Shown piece after piece: positions 1 through 6,647 of a stretch of DNA of 27,978 nucleotides. Under the pieces are notes generated by a model, which worked only from the letters and a program-made list of their open reading frames with translations, was not told the DNA's origin and made no database searches. How positions within the stretch are numbered: the first letter of the stretch is position 1; every line of letters starts with the position of its first letter. Origin of the DNA: Candidatus Bathyarchaeota archaeon (GTDB lineage Archaea; Thermoproteota; Bathyarchaeia; TCS64); NCBI GenBank assembly GCA_043826455.1, contig JBDRQD010000050.1, positions 1 to 27,978 on the forward strand, given 5' to 3'. A program made the translations under genes and the position numbers.

Positions 1-509
1 CACTTCACGCAGGCCTTCTCGTAGCCCGGCCAACTGTTGGGGTTGAAGCCCTGGAAATCCACTTGGAGCTTCTCATCCGCCGGGAGGACGTTGTCTGGGA
101 CGAGGCTGGCAATCCCACCCATGATGGAACCTGTGAAGAGGCCGGGTATGACTGTGACGCTTACGCTGGTCAGGATGGCTCCTACAAAGGGTATTGAGGC
201 CATCTGGCTGCCGTTGAACAGGTTTCGCTCCAGGAAACCGTGGCCTATTAGGTAGGTGGATAACCCGATGAACCATGTGGCCACCATTGTGTAGATCACT
301 AGCCTATTTCGGCCCTTGAGGAGCTCTATTATGAAGCCGGCGGATGTTGAGCTAACGAAGGCCGAGGCCGCGGACATGAGGTACAGGTTTAGGGAGATGG
401 GTACAAAGTGGAGGAGCAGGTTGAGGGCTAAAATGAATGTGACGAGAACCAGGCCCAACCCGGGTATGATCCATAGTACGGGCTGGTCGCCTCCCCATCT
501 CCACTCCAA
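1..509 (-). CDS. Partial (runs off left edge) multi-pass membrane protein with the start of a probable C-terminal zinc ribbon
   Basis: Not in the ORF track. My translation from TTG at 509 gives MEWRWGGDQPVLWIIPGLGLVLVTFILALNLLLHF...GFIIELLKGRNRLVIYTMVATWFIGLSTYLIGHG...PGLFTGSIMGGIASLVPD...WPGYEKACVK(C/W), with no stop. It has about 4 hydrophobic segments and a GGGGAG RBS-like sequence just upstream. The CxxC-like end is cut by the window edge. Confidence 0.75.
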   Translation of the reverse strand, partial: MEWRWGGDQPVLWIIPGLGLVLVTFILALNLLLHFVPISLNLYLMSAASAFVSSTSAGFIIELLKGRNRLVIYTMVATWFIGLSTYLIGHGFLERNLFNGSQMASIPFVGAILTSVSVTVIPGLFTGSIMGGIASLVPDNVLPADEKLQVDFQGFNPNSWPGYEKACVK

Positions 510-738
510 ACTATCTCCCCCAGCAATGAGGTAATGTCTGAGTGTGTGTATGTTTTGCTTGAACTATTGACTGATATAATTTAAAACGCACGCATATTTC
601 GATTATAATTGATTTATTCATGCATATATAAGAGACCCGATTATATACAAAATAGTACAATACTCGCGCAAAGGCGGACCACTATATTATATTAAAAATG
701 TAAAAGGACGAAGGCTTGGTTATTATTTATAAAAGGGT

Positions 739-1044
739 CTACCCCTCATCCTTCTCCTCGTCTTCCTCCAAGTCGAGCTCGTCGTCGAGTTCGCTGTCAA
801 GGTCCAGGGGAGTATCGAGAGGCACAGGGGGCGGTGTGGTGGCCATGGTGTAGCCTATCCAGAGAATGATGAACAGTATCATGTACACGGCCGCGATGAC
901 GGGGAGCTTGAACGCCCACTCACTAAGGGGTCCGAGCCAGGCGAACATTGTGCCGAATAGCCCGGGGAAGGCCCAGATGAAGTAGCCGAGCATCACGGCG
1001 ATGGTGATGATCATGATGGTGTAGCCTAAACTTTTATCATCCAT
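739..1044 (-). CDS. Small two-TM archaeal membrane protein with WIGYTxATTPPP motif and acidic tail (possibly DPM2-like)
   Basis: Two hydrophobic helices, then WIGYTMATTPPP and a D/E-rich tail. GAGGA RBS-like sequence upstream of the ATG. I recognise the motif from a conserved family of small TACK-archaeal proteins; function is uncertain. Confidence 0.8.
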   Translation of the reverse strand: MDDKSLGYTIMIITIAVMLGYFIWAFPGLFGTMFAWLGPLSEWAFKLPVIAAVYMILFIILWIGYTMATTPPPVPLDTPLDLDSELDDELDLEEDEEKDEG

Positions 1045-1081
1045 GTTTAATCCTCAGTGATGTATAGCGGCTTGTTTACTT

Positions 1082-1161
1082 TTTATTCTTTTCTACAGAT
1101 GCTCGTTTTTAGAGTGATTTAAAGGTATTATGCTATGATCTTTTTTCTTTATTCTTTTCTA
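1082..1161 (-). repeat. 14-bp direct repeat (TAGAAAAGAATAAA on the minus strand), possible tandem BRE/TATA promoters
   Basis: TTTATTCTTTTCTA occurs at 1082-1095 and 1148-1161, upstream of the 739-1044 gene. Confidence 0.45.
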
Positions 1162-1342
1162 TCTGGTAAATATTTTGCGCACTGGTTTCAAGGCGTGCTT
1201 GTCTGGTGCTGGGTGTTTCTTTTCGCGAGGATGCCGGTTTTTTTTGATTTCGGGGTGTTATATCAGCGGCTCCACGGGGCCTGTTTTGATAGGTATAGTA
1301 ATCTGATATATGTTTGAACACGGAAAAAATTCCTTTACTACT

Positions 1343-1369
1343 AATAAAATGTTGTTTATTCATTTTATT
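1343..1369. promoter_or_regulatory. Inverted repeat AATAAAATG-N9-CATTTTATT, candidate operator upstream of SAM synthetase
   Basis: Perfect 9-bp arms in the divergent intergenic region. The AT-rich context lowers its significance. Confidence 0.35.
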
Positions 1370-1472
1370 TTGTATAAGGGTTTATGTCTTTTTCTCTATC
1401 CATCGATGAAAATGTACGAATTGCTTTAAATCTGGCATGCACAATTCTCCCCAGTAATAATCGTCAGACGCG

Positions 1473-2690
1473 GTGAAACCGTTGAACAACGTATTTGTTA
1501 ATCTTTTGGGGAGGGCGGCCATCGAGGACCAGGCCCTGGAGATAGTCGAGAGGAAGGGCCTGGGGCACCCGGATACCATGTGCGACTCGGTGATGAACCG
1601 GATCTCTGTGGAGCTCTCTAAGGAGTATATGAAGAGGTTCGGCGTGGTTCTGCACCATAATGTGGATAAGAGTCTCCTTGCTGCAGGGGTCACTCAGCCC
1701 AGCTTTAAATGTGGAAAGGTGCTACAGCCCATGAAGTTCGTGTTCGGTGACAGGGCCACCTTCACGGTGGGGGACGAGGAGATACCGGTCAACGAGATCG
1801 CTGAGCGCAGCGCCAAGCAGTGGCTGAGGGAGAACCTGAGGTTCGTGGACCCGGATAAGCATGTAACGTATCAGAGCGAGATCAAGCCCGGGTCCATGGC
1901 CCTGAGCGACATCTTCGCCAGGAAGGGGAAGTACCTTGGGGCCAATGACACCTCCGCTGCTGTGGGCTACGCGCCCTTCACCCGGACTGAGAGGATCATC
2001 CTGGATCTGGAGAAGCACCTCAACTCGAAAGGTTTCAAGAAGCAGTATCCCTGGTCGGGTGAGGACATCAAGCTCATGGGGCTGCGTAAGAAGGGGTCCC
2101 TGAACATCACCGTGGCCATGGCCATGGTTGACAGGTTCATCGACGGCGAGGCCGACTACTTCAGGAAGCGTGGGGAGGTCTACGACGCCATCATGGAGTA
2201 CGTGGACGGAAAGTACGGTTTCGATGAGGTCACGGCGAGCATCAACGCCCTGGACGTGAAGGGCAGAGGCATAGACGGCCTGTATCTGACGGTGACGGGC
2301 ACCTCGGCCGAGGCTGGGGACAGCGGCCAGGTGGGCCGGGGCAACAACGTGGTGGGAGTCATCCCCCTGAACAGGCCCATGAGCAGCGAGGCCGCGGCTG
2401 GCAAGAACCCTGTGAGTCACGTCGGCAAGATATACAATGCTCTCTGCTATAGGATAGCGAACAGGATAGTGGCCGACGTCTCTGGGGTGAAGGAGACGTA
2501 TGTGTGGCTTCTAAGCCAGATCGGTAGACCCATAAACGAGCCACACGTGGTCTCGGCCCAGATTGTCCCCGTGAACCAGGTGGACATGGCTTCGGTGACA
2601 CGACAGATCGATGAGATCATCAGCTACGAGTTCGAGCACCTGGCCGAGTTCTGCGACGACCTGGCTAAGGGACTGATAACTCTCTGCTAG
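1473..2690 (+). CDS. mat: Archaeal-type S-adenosylmethionine synthetase (methionine adenosyltransferase)
   Basis: Motifs [49 protein letters not shown] and [17 protein letters not shown]; 405 aa. The start could be TTG at 1482. Confidence 0.96.
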   Translation: MKPLNNVFVNLLGRAAIEDQALEIVERKGLGHPDTMCDSVMNRISVELSKEYMKRFGVVLHHNVDKSLLAAGVTQPSFKCGKVLQPMKFVFGDRATFTVGDEEIPVNEIAERSAKQWLRENLRFVDPDKHVTYQSEIKPGSMALSDIFARKGKYLGANDTSAAVGYAPFTRTERIILDLEKHLNSKGFKKQYPWSGEDIKLMGLRKKGSLNITVAMAMVDRFIDGEADYFRKRGEVYDAIMEYVDGKYGFDEVTASINALDVKGRGIDGLYLTVTGTSAEAGDSGQVGRGNNVVGVIPLNRPMSSEAAAGKNPVSHVGKIYNALCYRIANRIVADVSGVKETYVWLLSQIGRPINEPHVVSAQIVPVNQVDMASVTRQIDEIISYEFEHLAEFCDDLAKGLITLC

Positions 2691-3306
2691 CCTTGTAGCC
2701 GCAGTGGGGAGCCAGGGGGCATGGGCCGCACCTGGGCCCCGTCTTTCTACAGTGCTCTTTTCCTATCCTCAGGGTGGCTCTGTCGTAGAGCAGCTTGTCG
2801 TCGTCGGGGACGATCCCTTCGAGCACCCTTTTCACTTCCTCGTGGTCAGCGTCCATGGGGGCCAGGCCCAGTCTCCGGGTGACTCTCCAGACGTGGACAT
2901 CCACGGGCACTGTACGCACGTTGAAGCTGTGGGACAGGACGATGTCGGCTGTCTTGGGTCCGACTCCGGGTAGCCGGAGTAGTGACTCCCTGTGCCCGGG
3001 CACTGCGCCGCCGTGGGTCTCCACGAGGCCTCGGCAGGTCTCGGCTATGTGCTGCGCCTTCTGCCTGTAGAAGCCTGAGGACTTTATGAGTTCCTCGAGC
3101 TCGTCTCGGCTTAGCCTCAGTATCTCCTCCGGTGTGGATGCCGCGTTGAAGAGGCTGTCTGTGGCCTTCTCGGAGTTGCTGTCCCGGGTCCTCTGGGACA
3201 GTATGCAGCTTATGAGGGTCTTAAAGGGGTCATCAGTGGAGGGCTCTGGGTCGGTGTACGGGTAGGCTTCCTTCAGGGTCTGGAGTATTCTACGTATGTC
3301 GGGCAT
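2665..3306 (-). CDS. nth: Endonuclease III (HhH-GPD DNA glycosylase/AP lyase with 4Fe-4S cluster)
   Basis: LISCILSQRT; HhH LPGVGPKTA with the catalytic Lys; PVDVHV with the catalytic Asp; FCL motif C-X6-C-X2-C-X5-C (CRKTGPRCGPCPLAPHC). Confidence 0.93.
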   Translation of the reverse strand: MPDIRRILQTLKEAYPYTDPEPSTDDPFKTLISCILSQRTRDSNSEKATDSLFNAASTPEEILRLSRDELEELIKSSGFYRQKAQHIAETCRGLVETHGGAVPGHRESLLRLPGVGPKTADIVLSHSFNVRTVPVDVHVWRVTRRLGLAPMDADHEEVKRVLEGIVPDDDKLLYDRATLRIGKEHCRKTGPRCGPCPLAPHCGYKASRELSVP

Positions 3307-4738
3307 GGGTTAGCTCCTTCCGGGTTTCGTCGTAGATTTCTTGCAGGTAGCCTCGTAGGCTCATGCCGCGTCTCTTCGCTAGCCTCTCCATGGCTTTGTG
3401 GACCCCCGTGGAGTACTGGGCGGCCTTCTTGGGCCGTGCCCACACTTCCTCCGGTAACACGTGTTTCTGTGCCAGCCGTCTGAGTATGATTTTCCTGGGC
3501 TGGTCCACGCTCTTCGGTAGCTTGAGTTCCACGGGTATGCGGAGTCCGTAGCCGATGACCCGGGGGTGGGCGAAGGGTAGGAGCAGGTTTAGGCCCAGGT
3601 CGGTGCATGTCTTGGTGTCTCTGTCGTAGTTGGTGGCCCAGGACTCGGCTGTGTCGCGGAGCATCATCTCCTCGGCCTCTGCCAGGTTCTCCATGTAAGC
3701 TGCGTGGTACTTCTTGTAGCCTCCGAAGACCTCGTCGCTTCCGTTCCCCGTGAAGATGGCCGTGTGACCTTGCTCTGAGGCTGTCTTGGTCGCGAAGTGG
3801 AGGGGGGCGGCGACGCCCACGGCGAGTGGACTGCTGTCCTCCACGCTTCTGACTATGTCCGGGATGGCTTCCTCAAGCTCTTTCACTGTGACCGGGTTGA
3901 CCTGGAGGTCCAGGCCGAGGCTGTCCGCGGCTGCCTGGGCGTGCCTGTACTCGTCCCGTGCATCGACCCCTACGCATATGAGGTTCAGGTCTGCGCCTGT
4001 GTCCCTGAGGTAGAGGGCGGCCAGTGTGCTGTCTATCCCGCCGGAGAAGGCTAGGGCCCCCTTCGGGGCTTTTCTGGATACGTCTTTGGCTGCCTCTCTG
4101 AGGATAGCGTTCAGGGTCTCCAGGATGGTCTCCGGGGTGTCTGTGAGCGGCTCAGGTCTCCGCAGGGTAGTTATCTCGGTGTCTTGGACGCCTGCCCGTG
4201 TCAGGCACGCTATGTGTCCCGGTTTCAGGGGAGTGGGTTCCATGCCTAGGCTCCAGATCATCTTTCTGTTGGAGGCCGCCGCGTATAGTTCGTTGTTCCA
4301 CGCTATGTATAGGGGCTGGGTTCCTACGGGGTCTCGGCTGCAGAGTATCCTGCCTGGGCTTATCTGGACCGCGGTGTGGTGGCCCGGGGAGTCCATTAGC
4401 TTCTTCAGGCCAAGGAGGGGGTCGGCCTCCATGAGGTTGGCTGCTGTGAGGGTGTCCGGCTCGTCGCTGCCGTATAGTGCGGCGTTTACGCATAGTGACC
4501 CTGAGCGCTGGGTGAGGGGCTGGGGCGGGTAGTCTTTGGATGTGGTGGACTTGTAGCCGATGACGGTGTCGCTGGTGACGGAGGTGAACTCTGGGGGGCG
4601 TGTGTGGTGCTCGGCTTGGCTCGGTGAGGCTAGCCCGTACGCTACACCGTTTACTCCACCCGCTGCCTGGAGCATCTTGGCTACCGCTTCCGAGGCGTCT
4701 TCTCCGTTTCGGTTTAGGGCGGCGGCTATGTACCCCAT
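3290..4738 (-). CDS. Asparagine synthetase B-like ATP-dependent amide ligase lacking the N-terminal catalytic Cys
   Basis: SRDPVGTQPLY, PP-loop AFSGGIDS, TGNGSDEVFGGY and RPKKAAQYSTG. The true start is probably ATG at 4738 (MGYIAAAL, 482 aa). The 614-aa ORF extension is low-complexity and overlaps a better gene. Confidence 0.85.
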   Translation of the reverse strand: MGYIAAALNRNGEDASEAVAKMLQAAGGVNGVAYGLASPSQAEHHTRPPEFTSVTSDTVIGYKSTTSKDYPPQPLTQRSGSLCVNAALYGSDEPDTLTAANLMEADPLLGLKKLMDSPGHHTAVQISPGRILCSRDPVGTQPLYIAWNNELYAAASNRKMIWSLGMEPTPLKPGHIACLTRAGVQDTEITTLRRPEPLTDTPETILETLNAILREAAKDVSRKAPKGALAFSGGIDSTLAALYLRDTGADLNLICVGVDARDEYRHAQAAADSLGLDLQVNPVTVKELEEAIPDIVRSVEDSSPLAVGVAAPLHFATKTASEQGHTAIFTGNGSDEVFGGYKKYHAAYMENLAEAEEMMLRDTAESWATNYDRDTKTCTDLGLNLLLPFAHPRVIGYGLRIPVELKLPKSVDQPRKIILRRLAQKHVLPEEVWARPKKAAQYSTGVHKAMERLAKRRGMSLRGYLQEIYDETRKELTHARHT

Positions 4739-4776
4739 CTGCTGGTTCTGTGGGCCGGCCGCATATCTTGTTTTCC

Positions 4777-5184
4777 TTAGAGTTCCTCGGCTTGTTCGAG
4801 GATGCTGTCCACGGTCTCCTCGGGTATGAGGGCGCCGTGGAGGAAGCTGCCTTTTCGTTTGTCGCCGGCTAGGACCGTGTCCTTGATGGGTAGGGGCTTG
4901 TTGAACTTCACGAGGGGCTGGAAGGTGAGGGCGCATCTCCACTTGTTTTCTCTGCAGTAGTCTTCCTCTTCGGGGGTCATCTCCCAGAGCATCTCGACTT
5001 TCTGGGTGATGCCGTAGCCTAGGATGCTGTCGCCTTGCTGGGTCTTCTTGGCTAGGAGGATGGGGGTTCCTCTTTTCCAGTTGCGGTTGACGCCTGTGTA
5101 GTATTTTTTGAGTTGGTATATCTGGTCTAGCCACTCGTCGGTGCTTATGCGTAGGATGTAGCCGGGGTTGTCTTGTGGCTGCAT
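4777..5184 (-). CDS. Conserved hypothetical protein, probable EVE/PUA-like domain
   Basis: 135 aa with natural composition. The pattern (aromatic N-terminal strand, GDSILGYG, F..LVKFNKPLPIKD) resembles EVE/ASCH folds by eye. A TATA-like box lies about 25 bp upstream. Confidence 0.7.
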   Translation of the reverse strand: MQPQDNPGYILRISTDEWLDQIYQLKKYYTGVNRNWKRGTPILLAKKTQQGDSILGYGITQKVEMLWEMTPEEEDYCRENKWRCALTFQPLVKFNKPLPIKDTVLAGDKRKGSFLHGALIPEETVDSILEQAEEL

Positions 5185-5207
5185 GGGTTGTGTTTAATGT
5201 TCAAGGT

Positions 5208-5215
5208 AATATAAA
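5208..5215 (-). promoter_or_regulatory. TATA box (TTTATATT) for the EVE-like gene, probably giving a leaderless transcript
   Basis: 24 nt upstream of ATG 5184, with a purine-rich BRE-like context and no RBS. Confidence 0.55.
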
Positions 5216-5239
5216 TCTTGGTTTGTTGTGTGTGCGCGT

Positions 5240-5254
5240 GGGGGGAGGGGGGGG
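5240..5254 (+). repeat. G6-A-G8 tract, copy 1 of an intergenic GGGGGGAGGGGGG motif
   Basis: Directly visible; a matching motif occurs on the other strand at 27894-27906. Confidence 0.5.
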
Positions 5255-5515
5255 TCCCATCACCGCCACCGCGGTTCCCGGTTTTCAGGCTTGTTTACTT
5301 GATCGGAGGCTTTTAGGGGGTTTATAGGCGGCGGTGGAGGTAATCAGTAGTCGCCGCGGGTCGTTATTAGTTAGGCAGTGGCATGGCAACTGTGTTATAA
5401 AATGTGTGTTTTTTTGGGTTGCATTTAGCTTACTCTGTGCCGGTTTCCGGTGGGTGCTCCACGTTTTACGTTGGGTTCATATTGAAGTCTGGTCGAGACA
5501 TTGTTGTGGAAGGGG

Positions 5516-5971
5516 ATGATGCCTTACAGGCCCGACGCTAGGAGAGGGGCCCTCGCGGTGGCTCTGCTGCTGGCAGCCGTCACCCTGGTCGGCTCATCGT
5601 TCACCATCTACCATTTCCTCATTCACCCACTGGTAACTCCCCGGTTCGAGGGGGTCATCGTCTACCTTGATACCCTGAACGCGGATGTCCAGGGCCATTA
5701 CACTGTTCGTCTTGATGGTAGTATTATTGAGACGGAGGGGTTCTTTGGGCAAGGCGGTAAGCAGATGGAGTTTAAGCAGCCTGAAGGTAGCGGAACCTGG
5801 TCTGTGTACGTGTTCGCGAGGTCGCATGAGCAGCTCAGGGTTCGGGTTGTGGACGGCATGACGCGCCAGCTACTTGATGAAGAAAGCCGGAGAAAGGAAG
5901 GGGGCGGGGACATCGGAATTCCGGGTGAACTTGTTTTAGTTGCCTTGACCTATACTCGCGTTGTGCCTTAG
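5516..5971 (+). CDS. Hypothetical membrane-anchored/secreted protein
   Basis: N-terminal RRG followed by a hydrophobic helix (ALAVALLLAAVTLVGSSFTIYHFLI) and a beta-rich soluble domain. ATG at 5516 or 5519 follows GGAAGGGG. Confidence 0.65.
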   Translation: MMPYRPDARRGALAVALLLAAVTLVGSSFTIYHFLIHPLVTPRFEGVIVYLDTLNADVQGHYTVRLDGSIIETEGFFGQGGKQMEFKQPEGSGTWSVYVFARSHEQLRVRVVDGMTRQLLDEESRRKEGGGDIGIPGELVLVALTYTRVVP

Positions 5972-6166
5972 CCTCTTTAGTCTCGTGTAAGCAAATTATC
6001 CCGTTCACTCGACTTGCATATTATCCTTAGAACGTCTGTTGCGCTGCGCCCTGGAGTACTTGTTCCCATCGTTCTGGTTCCAGCCGCGCGCGAGCAAGAG
6101 GGTGCTTGCCCATATCTTGGTGGCAACATCTCTCCCCGTCAGCCTCCCCAGGGAGTCCCGGTATGT

Positions 6167-6448
6167 TTACTCGGTCCAGCCCTCCGTGGCCCTTTTCATG
6201 GAAGTGTACACCTCTCTGCCCCCGTGGGTTATCCTGTAGTGCTCGTTCATCTTCTCGGCGAGGTTGGCGTCGCACAGGACGCCCATGTGGTAGGCGAACT
6301 TGCTGGAGTCCGCGGCTACATCGAGGCCTGGCTGCTTCATGATCTCTGTGTACCTGAGGGGCTTGCCTGGGAGCAGGGCCTCCAGTATCCTGATCCTCTG
6401 CTCATCGGATAGGGCGCTGGATATGTCCAGGACCTTGGAGGCGTCCAT
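6167..6448 (-). CDS. ArsR-like winged-helix transcription regulator, possibly truncated
   Basis: ALSDEQRIRILEAL...LRYTEIM...SSKFAYHMGVL...YRITHGG. AGGAG RBS and TTTATAAA upstream. The frame stays open for 53 codons after the TAA. Confidence 0.8.
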   Translation of the reverse strand: MDASKVLDISSALSDEQRIRILEALLPGKPLRYTEIMKQPGLDVAADSSKFAYHMGVLCDANLAEKMNEHYRITHGGREVYTSMKRATEGWTE

Positions 6449-6483
6449 CTCCTGAAACTTGAGGAGCCGAGGTGAAAAGCGTT

Positions 6484-6491
6484 TTTATAAA
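6484..6491 (-). promoter_or_regulatory. TATA box (TTTATAAA) of the ArsR-like gene
   Basis: Consensus archaeal TATA 36 nt upstream of ATG 6448. Confidence 0.55.
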
Positions 6492-6647
6492 AAAATTTTG
6501 AGTAAATCCGTATACTTCAACAGGGCCCCGAAGAAAAGTATGTCTTCAAGTAAACGCATGCCCGTTGAGTGCTGAATCCCTACGAGTTCAACATATCCGT
6601 GGTACGCGTGCGACATCTACCGCCTTCGGATTATAATGTATGTACAA

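Noticed and set aside
1133..1363. Short ORFs (76 aa minus, 60 aa plus) in the AT-rich region upstream of mat
   Set aside because: Composition is unlike coding regions, there are no motifs, and the region is better explained as divergent promoters.
1722..2420. 232-aa antisense ORF in mat, and similar shadow ORFs over hel308, dnaJ, M28, grpE, etf and the deacetylase
   Set aside because: Fully nested opposite, or out of frame with, well-supported genes, with biased H/V/G/L or R/P/G composition typical of GC-rich shadows.
4739..5134. 132-aa N-terminal extension of the 614-aa asparagine synthetase ORF
   Set aside because: R/P/Q-rich shadow translation overlapping the better-supported 4777-5184 gene in another frame. 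The AsnB-like sequence begins at ATG 4738.
6549..6575. GAGTGCTGA resembling a CIRCE half-site
   Set aside because: There is no matching left arm at N9 spacing, it is far from the chaperone genes, and no hrcA is present.
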